From Camelus dromedarius (Eukaryota), in assembly GCF_036321535.1 (NCBI RefSeq), contig NC_087436.1, positions 49,788,001 to 49,852,000 on the forward strand: a stretch of DNA of 64,000 bases, in the 5' to 3' direction. The translations under genes and the position numbers were made by a program. The notes below the pieces were generated by a model. The model saw only the letters and a list, made by a program, of their open reading frames with translations, was not told where the DNA came from and did no database searches. Shown here in pieces: positions 14,161-26,079 of the stretch (the first letter of the stretch is position 1; each line of letters opens with the position of its first letter).

Positions 14161-15774
14161 CATTTTGAATCAGTTCAGAGTCTCTTATTCACATTCATTC
14201 ATCACTTTTATTTTACATACTGATAGATGGATACAGATATAGCTATAGGTGTAGATGATATAGAGCTAGAGAGACACTGTTGTCTACCACACTGGATTGA
14301 AAATTTAGGCATCAAAATTTGCTTGATAACTGAAAATTCACCAGTTGGCTTTATAATGTGTAAATGACAAAAATTTTCCAAAATACAATTTTTCTACTGG
14401 TATTCTTCCGCACAAGAATGGTTTTACATTTCAAAAAACATCTTTATGTATTTGTTTTCATACCATTTATTTGAGTTTTTCACCAAAGTGCTGAATTTTG
14501 GTATATTCCAATTGGAAGTCAATTTGGAAAAATCTGAGCACTTTGGTTAAGTTAGTACCAAAGATATTCTTCCAGATAAATTTTGCCAGAAAAGATTTTG
14601 ATTTTTTTCCCTCAAGTCAAACTCAGATTAATCTAAGAAATGTAGTGTTAACCAAGTAATTTAATTGATTAGGACTCACAAATTATTCTTTCTTGTCTAC
14701 TGTAATTTTTACTTCTTTACAATTTGAGTAATAAATGTCTATAATTTAATAAATTAAAAAAAACAATTACCTCTATTTTAAGAGTAGTAAAGGAGAGTAT
14801 CCAGGATGCTAAAACAATAAGATCTGGTGCTAAAGTTATATTGTATAGTGTTTCCTAGAGCAGGAAAGACGAATGTGCATATGCGTGGCCCCCGACAAAG
14901 TAACAGAATAAAACATCACTTTCAAAATAGGTTAGATTAAAAATGAGCTAATTTCACACCAAGTTCAGAATGATTAAAAACTCACTGCCAACACCTTGTG
15001 ACTTCACATTCAGCATCATACTATACCGTATAAAGATGGTAAGCATTACTGCTGAGTGATGTAAAAGATTTGCTAGAAACAGCTTTCTGTGTGATGTCTG
15101 AAGATAAGGCACAAAATTCCTGCTCCACTAGAGAGCACTAATGACCAGACTCCCACTGCTGAAACCTCGGCAGAGACAACTTCACATCTTATACGTCTCC
15201 TCCACACACCTTAACCACTTCACTGGGAGATGCAGGAATTCCACTGATACATATGGGAATGAATATAGCATCCTTCACAGAGAAGATGCTTCAGTGTTTT
15301 TTCTCATGGTTAATATTTGACAAAAAATATAGAAGTAGATTGAAAAATCATTGATATTACCCTTCCTTCTTTTCTTAATTTTTTTAATTTTTAAACTTCA
15401 ACATAGCACCATAGGACTTCCAAGTTGCAAACAATGTCAATATCAGGAGAGGAAAGTGATAAATACGACTGTGTGGGATGTGGTGTCATTTCATGTCTCA
15501 AAATGCTGACGTGATATCAGCCAGAGTTATGAAATGCTCTCTCCTTTCCCAAATAGCAGTTGTGTGTTCCCTGAGGTTCACTGGCAAACTTACAGGACTC
15601 TCCTAGTTTTTTGGATACCAAAGAAATCCAGAAAGCAACACCCAGATTATTACGTCGTTATTGAAAAACTACAAAACCATTGGGTAGAAGTGATGCTAAT
15701 GGGTATTAAATATATTTCATTTCAGCAACCCCAAACTAAAATAAAATAGCAATTTAAAAGTTTCTAACTAAAAT

Positions 15775-16381
15775 AATTTTTTAACTTTTATTTGCATTTG
15801 CGTTGTGCTGTATTTATTCCCAGGATATATGTTTCGGTTTCTTCTGTTTCTTTAGAGGTATATTCTTCTGTGCAACCTGGTCTTGTGATTTAAGAACGAG
15901 TGGTTCTTTTTAAGTAAGAGCATCTCGCTTTGGCAGGTGGAGCTCATGTAAGGGTTAATCCACCCATGAGTTCTGGAGTGGGAAGCATATCTAAGGGGCT
16001 TTGTTCACCTGGATGTGCTTAATGATTAGAGAATTTACATCTAAGCCATTAAGTTCAGTATTACTCTGCATTTTTAAGTAAGTGCAGCAAAAATTCAGCA
16101 TTCTTTTTGGGCCCCTGACCCTATGTGCAGCCCCACTGTTTTGTCTGGACAAATGTACCAACTCCACCACTGTAGTGATAGAACGGCACACACTTGCTTC
16201 TGCAAAGTGATGTCTTTCAGATACTTGGTGGCTTTTCAGATAGTCTGGGCAGTTTCACAGGTGCTCTCAAAATGACCACAATGATTTAAACTCTTGATTT
16301 GCATGATTTGCTGGGGTTCTCTGGGTCAAATAAATAGCAAACTGATTTCAGAGATCACCACTGGCTGCTTATAGGAAGAGC
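15775..16381 (-). pseudogene. RPL17: Processed pseudogene of 60S ribosomal protein L17
   Basis: Minus-strand translation gives RPL17-like pieces: [82 protein letters not shown]. No introns; ATG lost; several frameshifts and stops. 5' TOP-like ctcttcc...aagcagcc leader at 16381 and AATAAA near 15790. Confidence 0.93.
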
Positions 16382-16559
16382 AAAATGCAATATTTTTGAA
16401 GAGAACATTTTTATCTTGTCCTGGGAAACTTTGAGAAATGGTGTTGTGTTGAGCAGTCTTGTACAGAAACACGTTTGGTTGCCAGCTCCTTCTGAGTCAA
16501 AGTCCATAGGTAATTAGGAACTAAAACTTCCTGGATATCAGATGAGTATTAGACACAGA

Positions 16560-17040
16560 ATTTTCAGGCTGGGTTGTAAGCATGCTGACTTGGGATCTCT
16601 TTGTTGTGGTCTCTTTCCCTCTCCTCCGTGTCTCACACATATTTCATAGTTGGCTCCACACTTCCTTCTCAAATCTGTTCTCTCGCCGATGTTTCCGTTT
16701 TCATTGAGATACACCAAGCCATTCAGCTAGAAAGCTCTGTCATCGGTCTCTCCCTATCCAACTGGCCAAGTCCTAGTGCTTCTGCTTCTTAAACCTCCCT
16801 CCATTCTTGCCTCTCATTTCTAGCCTCTCTCTGATCCCTGTAGTTCAGCCCTCATTTCCCTCACTTGGATTTAGAAATTATTACTTCATCTCTGCCTCGA
16901 GTCTCCTCCTTTCCCATTCACCCTCCCTATTAGCATATGTGTTTTCTCTCTCAGCTGTCTAAGTGATATGTCATTCCCTACTTAGATACTCAAATACTTG
17001 TACGGCTCCTTATTGCCTGTGAGCGTACTCTTTGTATTTT
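16560..17040 (+). mobile_element. LINE-2 fragment
   Basis: ctcatttccctcacttggatt...tctgcctcgagtctc...tcattccctacttagatactcaa...ggctccttattgcct are L2-like motifs. Confidence 0.5.
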
Positions 17041-17234
17041 TTTAATGTTACAATATGCTGTAATAAGTGCTAGAATGGACATTTGCGAAGCGTGTCAGTG
17101 TTGCAAAGGTGGGAAAGGTCAACACCAACCCGTTAGGCGGCAAAACCTCTTTGTCTTCCCCACCACTCAGAGGAAGGCTCGCACCCTTGGTATACGGGAG
17201 GACTGGCAAGAAAGTAGGTGTTTAATTAAGCTGA

Positions 17235-17460
17235 AACTAGAACACAGGCTTTGAAGTCAGTCATCAGTTCAGTTTTCTGACCTACCTTGTACAAGATGCG
17301 TATCGGGGCGCGTTGTTAAACCTTTCTAAATCCAGTTTTCACCTGTGAATTTGGGATAATTAAGCCTATATTAGAATTTCCAAGACAGTTCATTAAGGCC
17401 ATTGACTTACTGCCCTGAACACCATGCCTAGTGCATAGCAAGTATCCATAAATGTTTGTG
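17235..17460 (+). mobile_element. MIR SINE
   Basis: acaggctttgaagtcag...ttaaacctttctaaatccagttttcacctgtgaatttgggataat...catgcctagtgcatagcaagt. Confidence 0.55.
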
Positions 17461-18344
17461 CTTGTCCCTGTAAAGATACATAGGGATACAATATGGCCTC
17501 ACTGTGAAAATGATTTCTAGCAGGAAAAAGCACACAAAATGGCCTGTGCATGTGACACAGCGTGGCCCATCTGAGGAACTCTAAGTGACAAAGAAGCTTG
17601 AAAGGGATAGAAAACAGAAAATGAGAATTGGGAAGAAAAGAGCGGCTTGCTCATAGATGGTCTTATGCTCTGCTTCACCTTCTGACCTTTCTTCTCTTCG
17701 ATCTCTTCAATCGAGCCTTTTCAGTTTTCCTGTCATTTTCATTCCCCTCATAACTGGGCTTATGAACTGAGTAGATCACAGTCACTGTTTTTTCTTCCTC
17801 CGCCCACTCAGTCTAGAATCCAGCCCCACCCCGCCGCTGACACCAGCAGCAGAAGCAGCAGCACATCTTAACGGTCACATCAAGTGGACGCTTGTCAGCC
17901 CACAGGCTTCTTGAACTCTTGGCAGGACTTTGGTATATTAATTGCCTTCTGAAAGGTTACTTCCTTCTTGATTTTGGTTATTTTTTCACTCTCATGGTTT
18001 TATTTTTATCTCACTGGACGTTCCTTTGCCATCTCTTTCAAGAGATCTTAATCCGAGTCCATCTCTTAAATATGTGATTCTGTCCTTGGATCTTTTGATT
18101 CTCTCTTGTAGAACTTATCCTCAAAAGTGATGTCAGGTATCCACTAAGTACTTATGATTCTCAAACCTGGAATGTATCTGTACTCCACACCTATCTACTG
18201 ATAATTTCCATCTCCCCACTAGGCTGATTTTTGTAAAAACCCAAACCATATCTTTCCTGTTCTCTCCTTTGAACAACTGTCTAACTGTGGTCAGTAGCCC
18301 TTCTGTTCTCAATTCTTTGCCCGCTGCTGTATTCACACCACTGT

Positions 18345-18545
18345 GACTTTATATTCTTTCCTTTAGAGACAGCATACTTTTCCCAACACATGGATTCGAC
18401 TTGGCCAGATGACTTGCTTTGGCCAATGCAGTATGGGCAAAATGACAGTATGTTAGCTGCAAACCTAGTCATAAGAAGTGCCATGTGTTCCTACCCTCCC
18501 CTCTGGGGGTTTTCAGACTCAGTCATGAGAAGCTAGATGCCCAAT
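18345..18545 (+). mobile_element. MaLR LTR fragment (MLT1-like)
   Basis: ttggccagatgacttgctttggccaatgcagtatgggcaaaatgacagt is the MLT1 hallmark motif. Confidence 0.65.
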
Positions 18546-20447
18546 ATCATTGGCCTGCTTCTCATTGGCTTTATTCCTTCTATTTCCTCAATCGAGAGGG
18601 AGAAGACACAATTACTTGAGACACGGACTAGGTGCAGAAGGAAGCGGTGAGAAGAAATTGAAATTAGAAAAGTCTTGAAGTATGGGGAAGTGGAGAATGG
18701 GAAAAGGGAACTAGTTACTTTTTCAGGCAGTCTAGTGCTTTTATTCATAAGTTTACTAGCCATAAAATTTTGCCTTTTGTGAGTCTTTTTTTATATTTTC
18801 TACTTATTTTTAAAAATATGAGTCATAATTTTCTTTTGAATTTGTGTGAGTTTTTTCATATATAAATATAATTTTGCTTTGGCATATTTCTTATAAATAT
18901 TTTTACATTTGGGAGGTTGCCTTTTTTTGTTTATATTTTTTGGGCATAGAGTAATTTATTTTTATTTACATGGCATAGAGAATGTTTTATTTTATCTGAG
19001 TGGTAAAAATCTATCAGTCTCTTCCTTTATAAATATAATATAAATTGGAATTTATATGGAAAGTTCGGTAAAATAAGGATTTTTTTTTCACACTAGAGAA
19101 TCTTAAGCTGGAAGTTGTCATTTTCATATGGTGAATTTCATCGAGAAAAATGAGGGTTAGAGAGGTTAGAAGACTAACTCAGCAAGGAGTACAGCCTAGG
19201 GTAGAGAGCAGTTCTGCCTCACTCCTGGGCAACTTATGAAATTAACTGATGGTCCCAATCCCATCTCTTTTGGTAATATCTAATATCTCAAAGCTAAGGA
19301 GCTTCAGAGTTCACTTATGGTTCATATGGCATAGAAATGATGAGAAAGTAACTTGGCTCTCTGGATAGTCTAGAGCATTAGGCTTTTGGGTCCTCAGACT
19401 GGACTAATGATCTGTTTGACCGTGGGATAGCATTCAAATACTATTAATAGTTTAAAGCATAACAGTAAGAGTAGGATTATCTGCTGTAAACATGATTTTG
19501 ATATTTGGGGCTGTACTGATGATACTCTCTGCAGTCTGTGCTTTTGGCGGGAATGTCCCTGATAGAACGGTATTTTCCTTCAGTTGCTAGTGCAAAAAGG
19601 GAAAAAAAGGATACTAATTTTTGAGAATTTTAGCATGTAGAATAGCACATAGAAGTTGGAACATAGTCCTAGGATCAAGGAGGCACTTTAATCTATTTAT
19701 ATGGATTTCAAAATAAGAATTTTGCCTTAAAATCTTTCCTAGATGAAAATTATTCTGATATTAAGTAAAATTTCTAATTAAATAGTCACTTTGCAATAAG
19801 ATCTTTAAGAGAACTGTTGAATCAGATGTAAAGAAAGGCTCTTGTATTCTTCTTCATAAATGCACATTGAAAAGAGGAGGGGAGCATTCTAATTGTCCTC
19901 TGTTCTTATATTCCACAAATCCACCCAATGCTAGTCAGAAAAATTATGTTACAGCTGTTAGTCCAGGCAGGTATAACTTCTTCCACGTGATGATGTGAAT
20001 GTCTAAACCTCCATCCCACTAACAATACAGCACAATAGCACTTTTACAAATAGCTAAAAACAATTTTAGCTGGCAGAAGTTCTTACCGGGTTGGGAAATT
20101 TTCACTAGCCCTGCTATTTACATCGTGATAATGACTATGCATCTCTTAGCCCTCAGTGTCTGTATCTAGAGGATACCCAACATCATTCCTGTGGATTATC
20201 ATTTACATTTTTATTCCAGCTCCACTTCTCAGAGAATTTTTCTTTTAGTAAACAGAGCCTGTCTCAGTCTTATTTGCATAACAAGTTGTGTGCGGGTAAC
20301 TGTGTGTTTGTATGCACGTGTCTGTCTGTGGCCTACGTGAGCTTTGTTCTCTGGGTCTGAGCAGCTTGTTTTCTTGGTTGTGTGCATTTTCTTGAAAACA
20401 GGAGTTCTCAGACGATCAGAAGTATATCCTAGAAAGGAGCAAGTCTT

Positions 20448-20670
20448 TTTAAAAATTTTATTGAAATATAGTTGATTTACAATTTGTATTAGTTTCAGGT
20501 ATACAGCAAAGTGTTTTGTTATACATATACATATATATATATTCTTTTTTAGATTCTTTTTGCTTATAGGTTATTAGAGATATGGAATATAGTTCCCTGT
20601 GCTATATAGTAGGTCCTTTTTGTTTGTCTATTTTATATATAGTAGTGTGTATATGCTAATCCCAAACTCT
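20448..20670 (-). mobile_element. LINE-1 3' end fragment
   Basis: ttttattgaaatatagttgatttacaa...gttccctgtgctatatagtaggtcc is the reverse complement of the 3' end seen at 21790-22010. Confidence 0.85.
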
Positions 20671-21339
20671 AGGCTTTTTTTTTTTTTCTGATTTCCCATA
20701 GCAAGGGATTGTTTAGACTTTCTGTTCTTGATATTGAATATGCCAGCTTGAATACTGTAGAATATACTTACATAGCCAGAGTTGTAGGTGATGGATGCAG
20801 AAGTAACTGCTTTGTTATAGACTGAGTCCTACTAAGTAACATGTAAAACCATGAGGTTATGTTTAGTCTAGCAGCGTATCTGCATCTATACTGTATTTCT
20901 CAGTTGGAGTACCAATGACATTTCATGTAAACCAGTTCTTTATGAGGCTAGATTTCCAGGAATATACACAAGATATTTACATCCTTGGTCACTGCCAACA
21001 ATATGAAAGTAATACATCTCAGTCACTGTGATGATCTGAATGCCCCACTTATTTTCAGATGCTTCATAGAGTGACAGGTAACATTCCAGGTTGTGAATCA
21101 CTAAATGAGAGATTACATAAAGATGTTTGACAAATTTAATAAAATTTTGCTAAGTGAATATTTGTTTTACCATTAGACTTTCTAATGGCTTGTTCTAAGT
21201 GTTACTTTGTTATACTACATAAAATATAGAATTTTTTCTCTGTAATATTTCACAAAACACAGTATCCAAATGGGATTTGAGTGCTGGCTCCATCTTGGGT
21301 TCATTCTCTGCTGCCACAAACTTTGGGTAAAGATTTAGA

Positions 21340-22020
21340 GAGATTTCCTTAAAAACCTAAAAGTAGAGTTACCATATGACCCAGCAATCCTATTCCTGGG
21401 CATTTATCTGGAAAAGACAAAAGTTCTAATTCAAAAGGATACGTGCATCCCAGTGTTCATAGCAGCACAACTTACAATAGCCAACACATTAAAGCAACCT
21501 AAATGTTCATCAACAGATGAATGGATAAAGAGTATGTGGTGTTTATATACAGTGGAATATTACTCAGCCATAAAAAAGAATGAAATAATGCCATTTGCAG
21601 GAACATGGATGGACCTAGAGATTATCATACTAAGTGAAGTAAAGACAAATATCATATGATATCACTTATATGTGGAACCAAAAAAAATGAAACAAATGAA
21701 CTTATTTACAAAATGGAAATAGACTCACGGACAAAGGAAAGAAACTTATGGTTACCAAAGGGGAAGAAGGGGAGGGATAAAATAGGATTTTGAGATCAAT
21801 AGATACACACTACTATATATAAAATATATAAACAACAAGGACCTACTGTATAGCACAGAGAACTATATTCAGTATCTTATAATAACCTACAATAGAAAAA
21901 AATCTGAAAAAGAATATATATATATACACATATATAAGAACTGAATCATATTGCTATACACCTGAAACTAACATAACATTGTAAACAACTATAATCTAAT
22001 AAAAATTAATTAATTAAAAA
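21340..22020 (+). mobile_element. 5'-truncated LINE-1 (ORF2 C-terminus, 3' UTR, A tail)
   Basis: LPYDPAI..LGIY, MFIAAQLTIA..KQPKC.STDEWIK.MW..YTVEYYSAIKKNEIMPFAGTWMDLEIIILSEV is the L1 ORF2 end, followed by a typical 3' UTR and A-rich tail. Confidence 0.93.
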
Positions 22021-22627
22021 TGTATAGATTTTAATATTTTTTTCAGTGCACATGGGTTAGATTAAGACAAGAGTAAAAGTGGCCTTATTACTTTTATGGG
22101 AGTGATTTATCCCAGCTAGAGAATATTGATAGTACTGTTTTCAGATTTTCACAAAATTAAGAAAATTAAGAAAAGAATGACTGAGAAATTATAAAGAATT
22201 TTGATTCTATAGATATCAGCCATAAATCCCTTAAATGATTGACCTGTGTTGATAATACTGGAACTCTCAGAAAGTAGATGAAGATGTAACTGGACTACTG
22301 TAGACTTGATTAAAGAAATAAAGGAGAGTTGATGAGCGAAAAGAAAGTAATAGGAACTTTGCAAGTAATCATGTAGTTTTGAGTTTGATTGGTCTGTGAC
22401 AGGGACATTTATTTCAGAACTTTTCATGTGGTTAAAAATAAAATTTGGAAACTACTAGAATGTTCCCTTGTATGAAAAGTTGAACAAATTGTGGTACATG
22501 AAAACCCTGGAAAATTACACAGTCATTCAAAAGAAAGCATTAGATCTATGTCATTTGTCTGGGACAGAATCCATGATTATAGTGAGGGAGAAAAGCAAGA
22601 TGCAGAGATGAATACATAATGTGATCC

Positions 22628-23050
22628 GTTACTCAGGTTGGATTCTCCAGGAAGCAGAATCTGAGATGGAGTTTAGACTCTATGATATTTATTAGGGAGT
22701 GTTTTAGAATCAACACCTGTGGAAGGGAGGGGAGGGAAAGCCAAGATAGGGGCAGAGGGTGAAACTGAACTGTGAAACAGACCTGATGAGAATCTTGGCT
22801 GACCCAGGGGGTAGTCTAGGACCAAAGTGGGTCATCAGCATGTCTCTGCACTGGGCCAAAATGGCCAGTAGGTCATACTCTGACCTATATCAGGTATTTA
22901 CTTGATCTGGGCTGCTTGGGAAATACTGTGATCTTGGGTGTGGCAGCTCTCTGCAGCTGAGGCAATCCCTGATGGAAATGAGAGCTGACAGCAGTCCTAG
23001 CTTCTAGTCTTTCATTAAAGGGGGATCTGGGTGGTACCTCTACAATACCT
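22628..23050 (-). mobile_element. ERVL-class LTR (LTR16-like)
   Basis: ggattctccaggaagcagaatctgagatggag...aatcaacacctgtggaaggg...cagctctctgcagctgaggcaatccctga resembles LTR16 in reverse. It interrupts an old L1 fragment. Confidence 0.65.
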
Positions 23051-23761
23051 GAAGCAAATGGTGCCCAAACTTGCAAGGTGCAAATGTATTTGTAAATGAT
23101 TATATATACATGGAGAAAAGTAGAATATAAAACTTAGTGATGGGGAGAGCAATTGGGCTGGGAGTAGTGCAAATAATCAAAACAAAACAAAAGATAGAAA
23201 TATTAATAACAAAGATAAATCTTACTTAGGTAAACTTAAAAATATATTTATGTAGTCCTTAGAAAGAATATTAAAGAATGGTCATCTGACAGTATTTCTC
23301 TCTGGATTGCAACATTACCTGTCCATTGTGCATCTCTTTGCTATCTGAGTAAAAATTACTTAGGTAATTTGAAAAATTATAAAGGCATTTAAAAATTAAT
23401 TGCAAATTATATAATCACTAGATATACTTAAAATAAGGTTTTAGGTAGATTTCAAGACATTTATTTCATATAGTAAAGTGCTCTAAAACAAGATAATTTT
23501 AGAGGCATTAAAATTACCAAACCAGTCATAACCTCCAAAAGTTAAAGTTAATAAATTAAGCCTTCAGATACAACACTCATTTATTCAAATATTTCTTGAG
23601 TGCTTTCAATGAACCAGGACCTGTTCTAGGATGATAGATTATACTTGAAAAGGAAGCAAACAAAAATTCCTGCCCTCATGGATCTCACATTCTATAGGGA
23701 AGAAAGAGAAAATAAGCAATAAGAACAATAAATGAGTAAATTCTATGCTAGATTTCAAGTT

Positions 23762-26050
23762 GTTGAAGGCCAATTCTCAGGGAAACAGGCTGTCAGACTC
23801 TGTAATTCGGAGAATGCTCTTGGGAAGAACAGCGAAGATGGGGAAAGGAAATAGGCGCAATTAGCCCAAAGTGACCCATTGGCAGCCGTAACTTAAAGAT
23901 GAAGGCACGCTCACCAGGACTCCTGTTGGAAGTGTTCTCTATCTGGGACCATGTCCACTGGGCTAGTAGAAGCTATAGTTGAGGAACCTTTAGACTATAT
24001 ATCTTGACTCAGGACAGGAGAGTTAACACAGTGCTGAACTGAGACTGTGAATCTGAAGTGAATACAAATGGTTTCTTGCTCTCTTTCCTGAAGAGATAGA
24101 AAAGAACACTCTGGCCACATCACTTACTCTGTGCCATGTACCTAAGGAGTTGTTAACTAGCTCTGGCAAAGATACCACATTTAGCAAAGCAACTGGACTT
24201 GGGATTTCTAGGCTGAGTTTTCAGTAAGTAGTCCACTGTAAAATTCAGGACCCATCTGGGTTTTGTAGGGACCCGACTGGTGAATTAAATGGAAGTATAA
24301 GGTGGGTCACTAGTCCTGAATCCATTATGTCTTTCACAGAGGCAGTAATATTTCCTTACCCTCCCCTGGTTTCAGTATACTACATCCAGATATATCCGAA
24401 GGGCAAGTTTCAGAGACTTTGCCTTTGCATTTCTCACTTTGATAGTTCTTAACCTAAAAGCCAAGCAGCCAATATCGGCAATTTTCAAAAGCTAAGTATG
24501 TCAGTTTTAATTGTGCATTCAGAGACCAAGTGAGTCCAAAAACCCAGTGATGCCGGTGAACCCACTGTGAGCCATGCTTGGGACTACTCCATTGATTAAG
24601 TCCCCCTACTTCTACCCCAAACAGAAGGGCCCTAATGATGCTTTGGGTCTCCATATAGCTATGTCAACTTGGACCCCGTCTCAAGAGATCTTGAAAGGTT
24701 TGGACTTTCTCTCTCACTCCAGTGTAAAGTTACCCAAGTAAATGTCAAGGTCTACTTAGAAGGGACTGAGATAATCATTACTGTGTGGGTACTGTGTACT
24801 CTTTCCATGGTATTGCAGGTTTCTTCCTTCTGAAGTATGTCTCTCCTTCAAGTAAACATTTCTAGCTCTGAAAACTCACTCAGGTCTGGAATTGGGTAAG
24901 AGATTGAAACTTTTTAGGATAACTATTTCAGTCTCCTGATCATCCATCCTTTATTTTTTGTTTTACAGCTTGAGCAGAACCTCTGTTGGCTGCCCATACA
25001 GCTTACCCTTAGCTGCACTTCTGTAGCTCTCTGCAGGTCCTCTCCTGGCCTCCACGCTGATGTTGCAGTTCATTATAATAATTGCGCCAACTGGTTTCTG
25101 ACAGTTCAGCCCTGCCACCCTGCCTCTATTAACTAGAGATCCTATGGGTCTCATTGCTGTCAGTGAGCCCAGTTATTAACTGTTATCTCCTACTGTCATC
25201 CCTAATCTCTAGAGGACAGGCACCACTGAGCATCTCAGTAATGCTCGCAGTCTTCTCACCAGCATATCCCTTATCTCTCTGGTAAATGGAATTTTCTCCG
25301 TAGAACATAGTGTTCTGGTAGGTATTCTGACCTGAGTGTACCCGCTTGGGCATGCCTGCCTCTGTGAGCCCTTTGATCCCTCTACGTCTGTACTGTACAG
25401 TCCCTGTACTTCTGCCTCACAGAGTAGAGTCCATCATTTTCTCTAAGCTTCTGGGAGCTATCCCAGCATCCTGTTTGCCCCCCTTCCAGGACTTTGCATG
25501 GGTTTTAAATCCTGTAACCTGGATCAAAAAGCTCTCTTTTATCTGACATCCTCAGAAAGCCATCCCATGTGTACTCTCCTGGATCCAGCTACTCCACATT
25601 GGCTAGCTTTTCATTCAGCTTACAATCTCCTTGCTGATTTAGCAGACTCAGTACTCCCCCAGATCAGCTAGTTTGTAACTTAACCATAGTCATTGGCTTA
25701 GGGACTAGGAGGGAGGAAGGGGGAGAAGTGGAGGCATATCCTGAGAAGAGCACATCTGGTCTTGCAGTGAAGACACTTCAAACAAAGTTAGTCTAGCTGA
25801 TTAATTAATAAGGAGTGCATCACTTTGACAGTCTCAGTGGGTTCAGGAATATCTGGACATTTACTGTGTGGAACTTCGGCAACCCAGACATGTACATCCC
25901 AGGTTTCAGAGTTCTTCTCCTTCCCAGGCTGGGGCCTGACTTTCCCATAGCAGACCTCCTGGAGTAGAGGGGTCTGCTTTCTAAAGATCTCTACTCTTCT
26001 TTAGTTAAATACCGAGTCTTCACTTTTCATTCTCTGCTGGCCACAGGGGA
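23762..26050 (-). mobile_element. Decayed ERVL-class (HERV16/ERV3-16-like) internal gag-region fragment with an LTR remnant at the left end
   Basis: The minus strand at 25080-25390 reads gggatcaaagggctcacagaggcaggcatgc...ctcagtggtgcctgtcctct...gaactgtcagaaaccagttggcgcaattatt, recognised as ERVL-16 gag-like. No intact ORF. Confidence 0.6.
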
Positions 26051-26079
26051 TGAATCGTAGTGTTAACAATAGACTGTAT

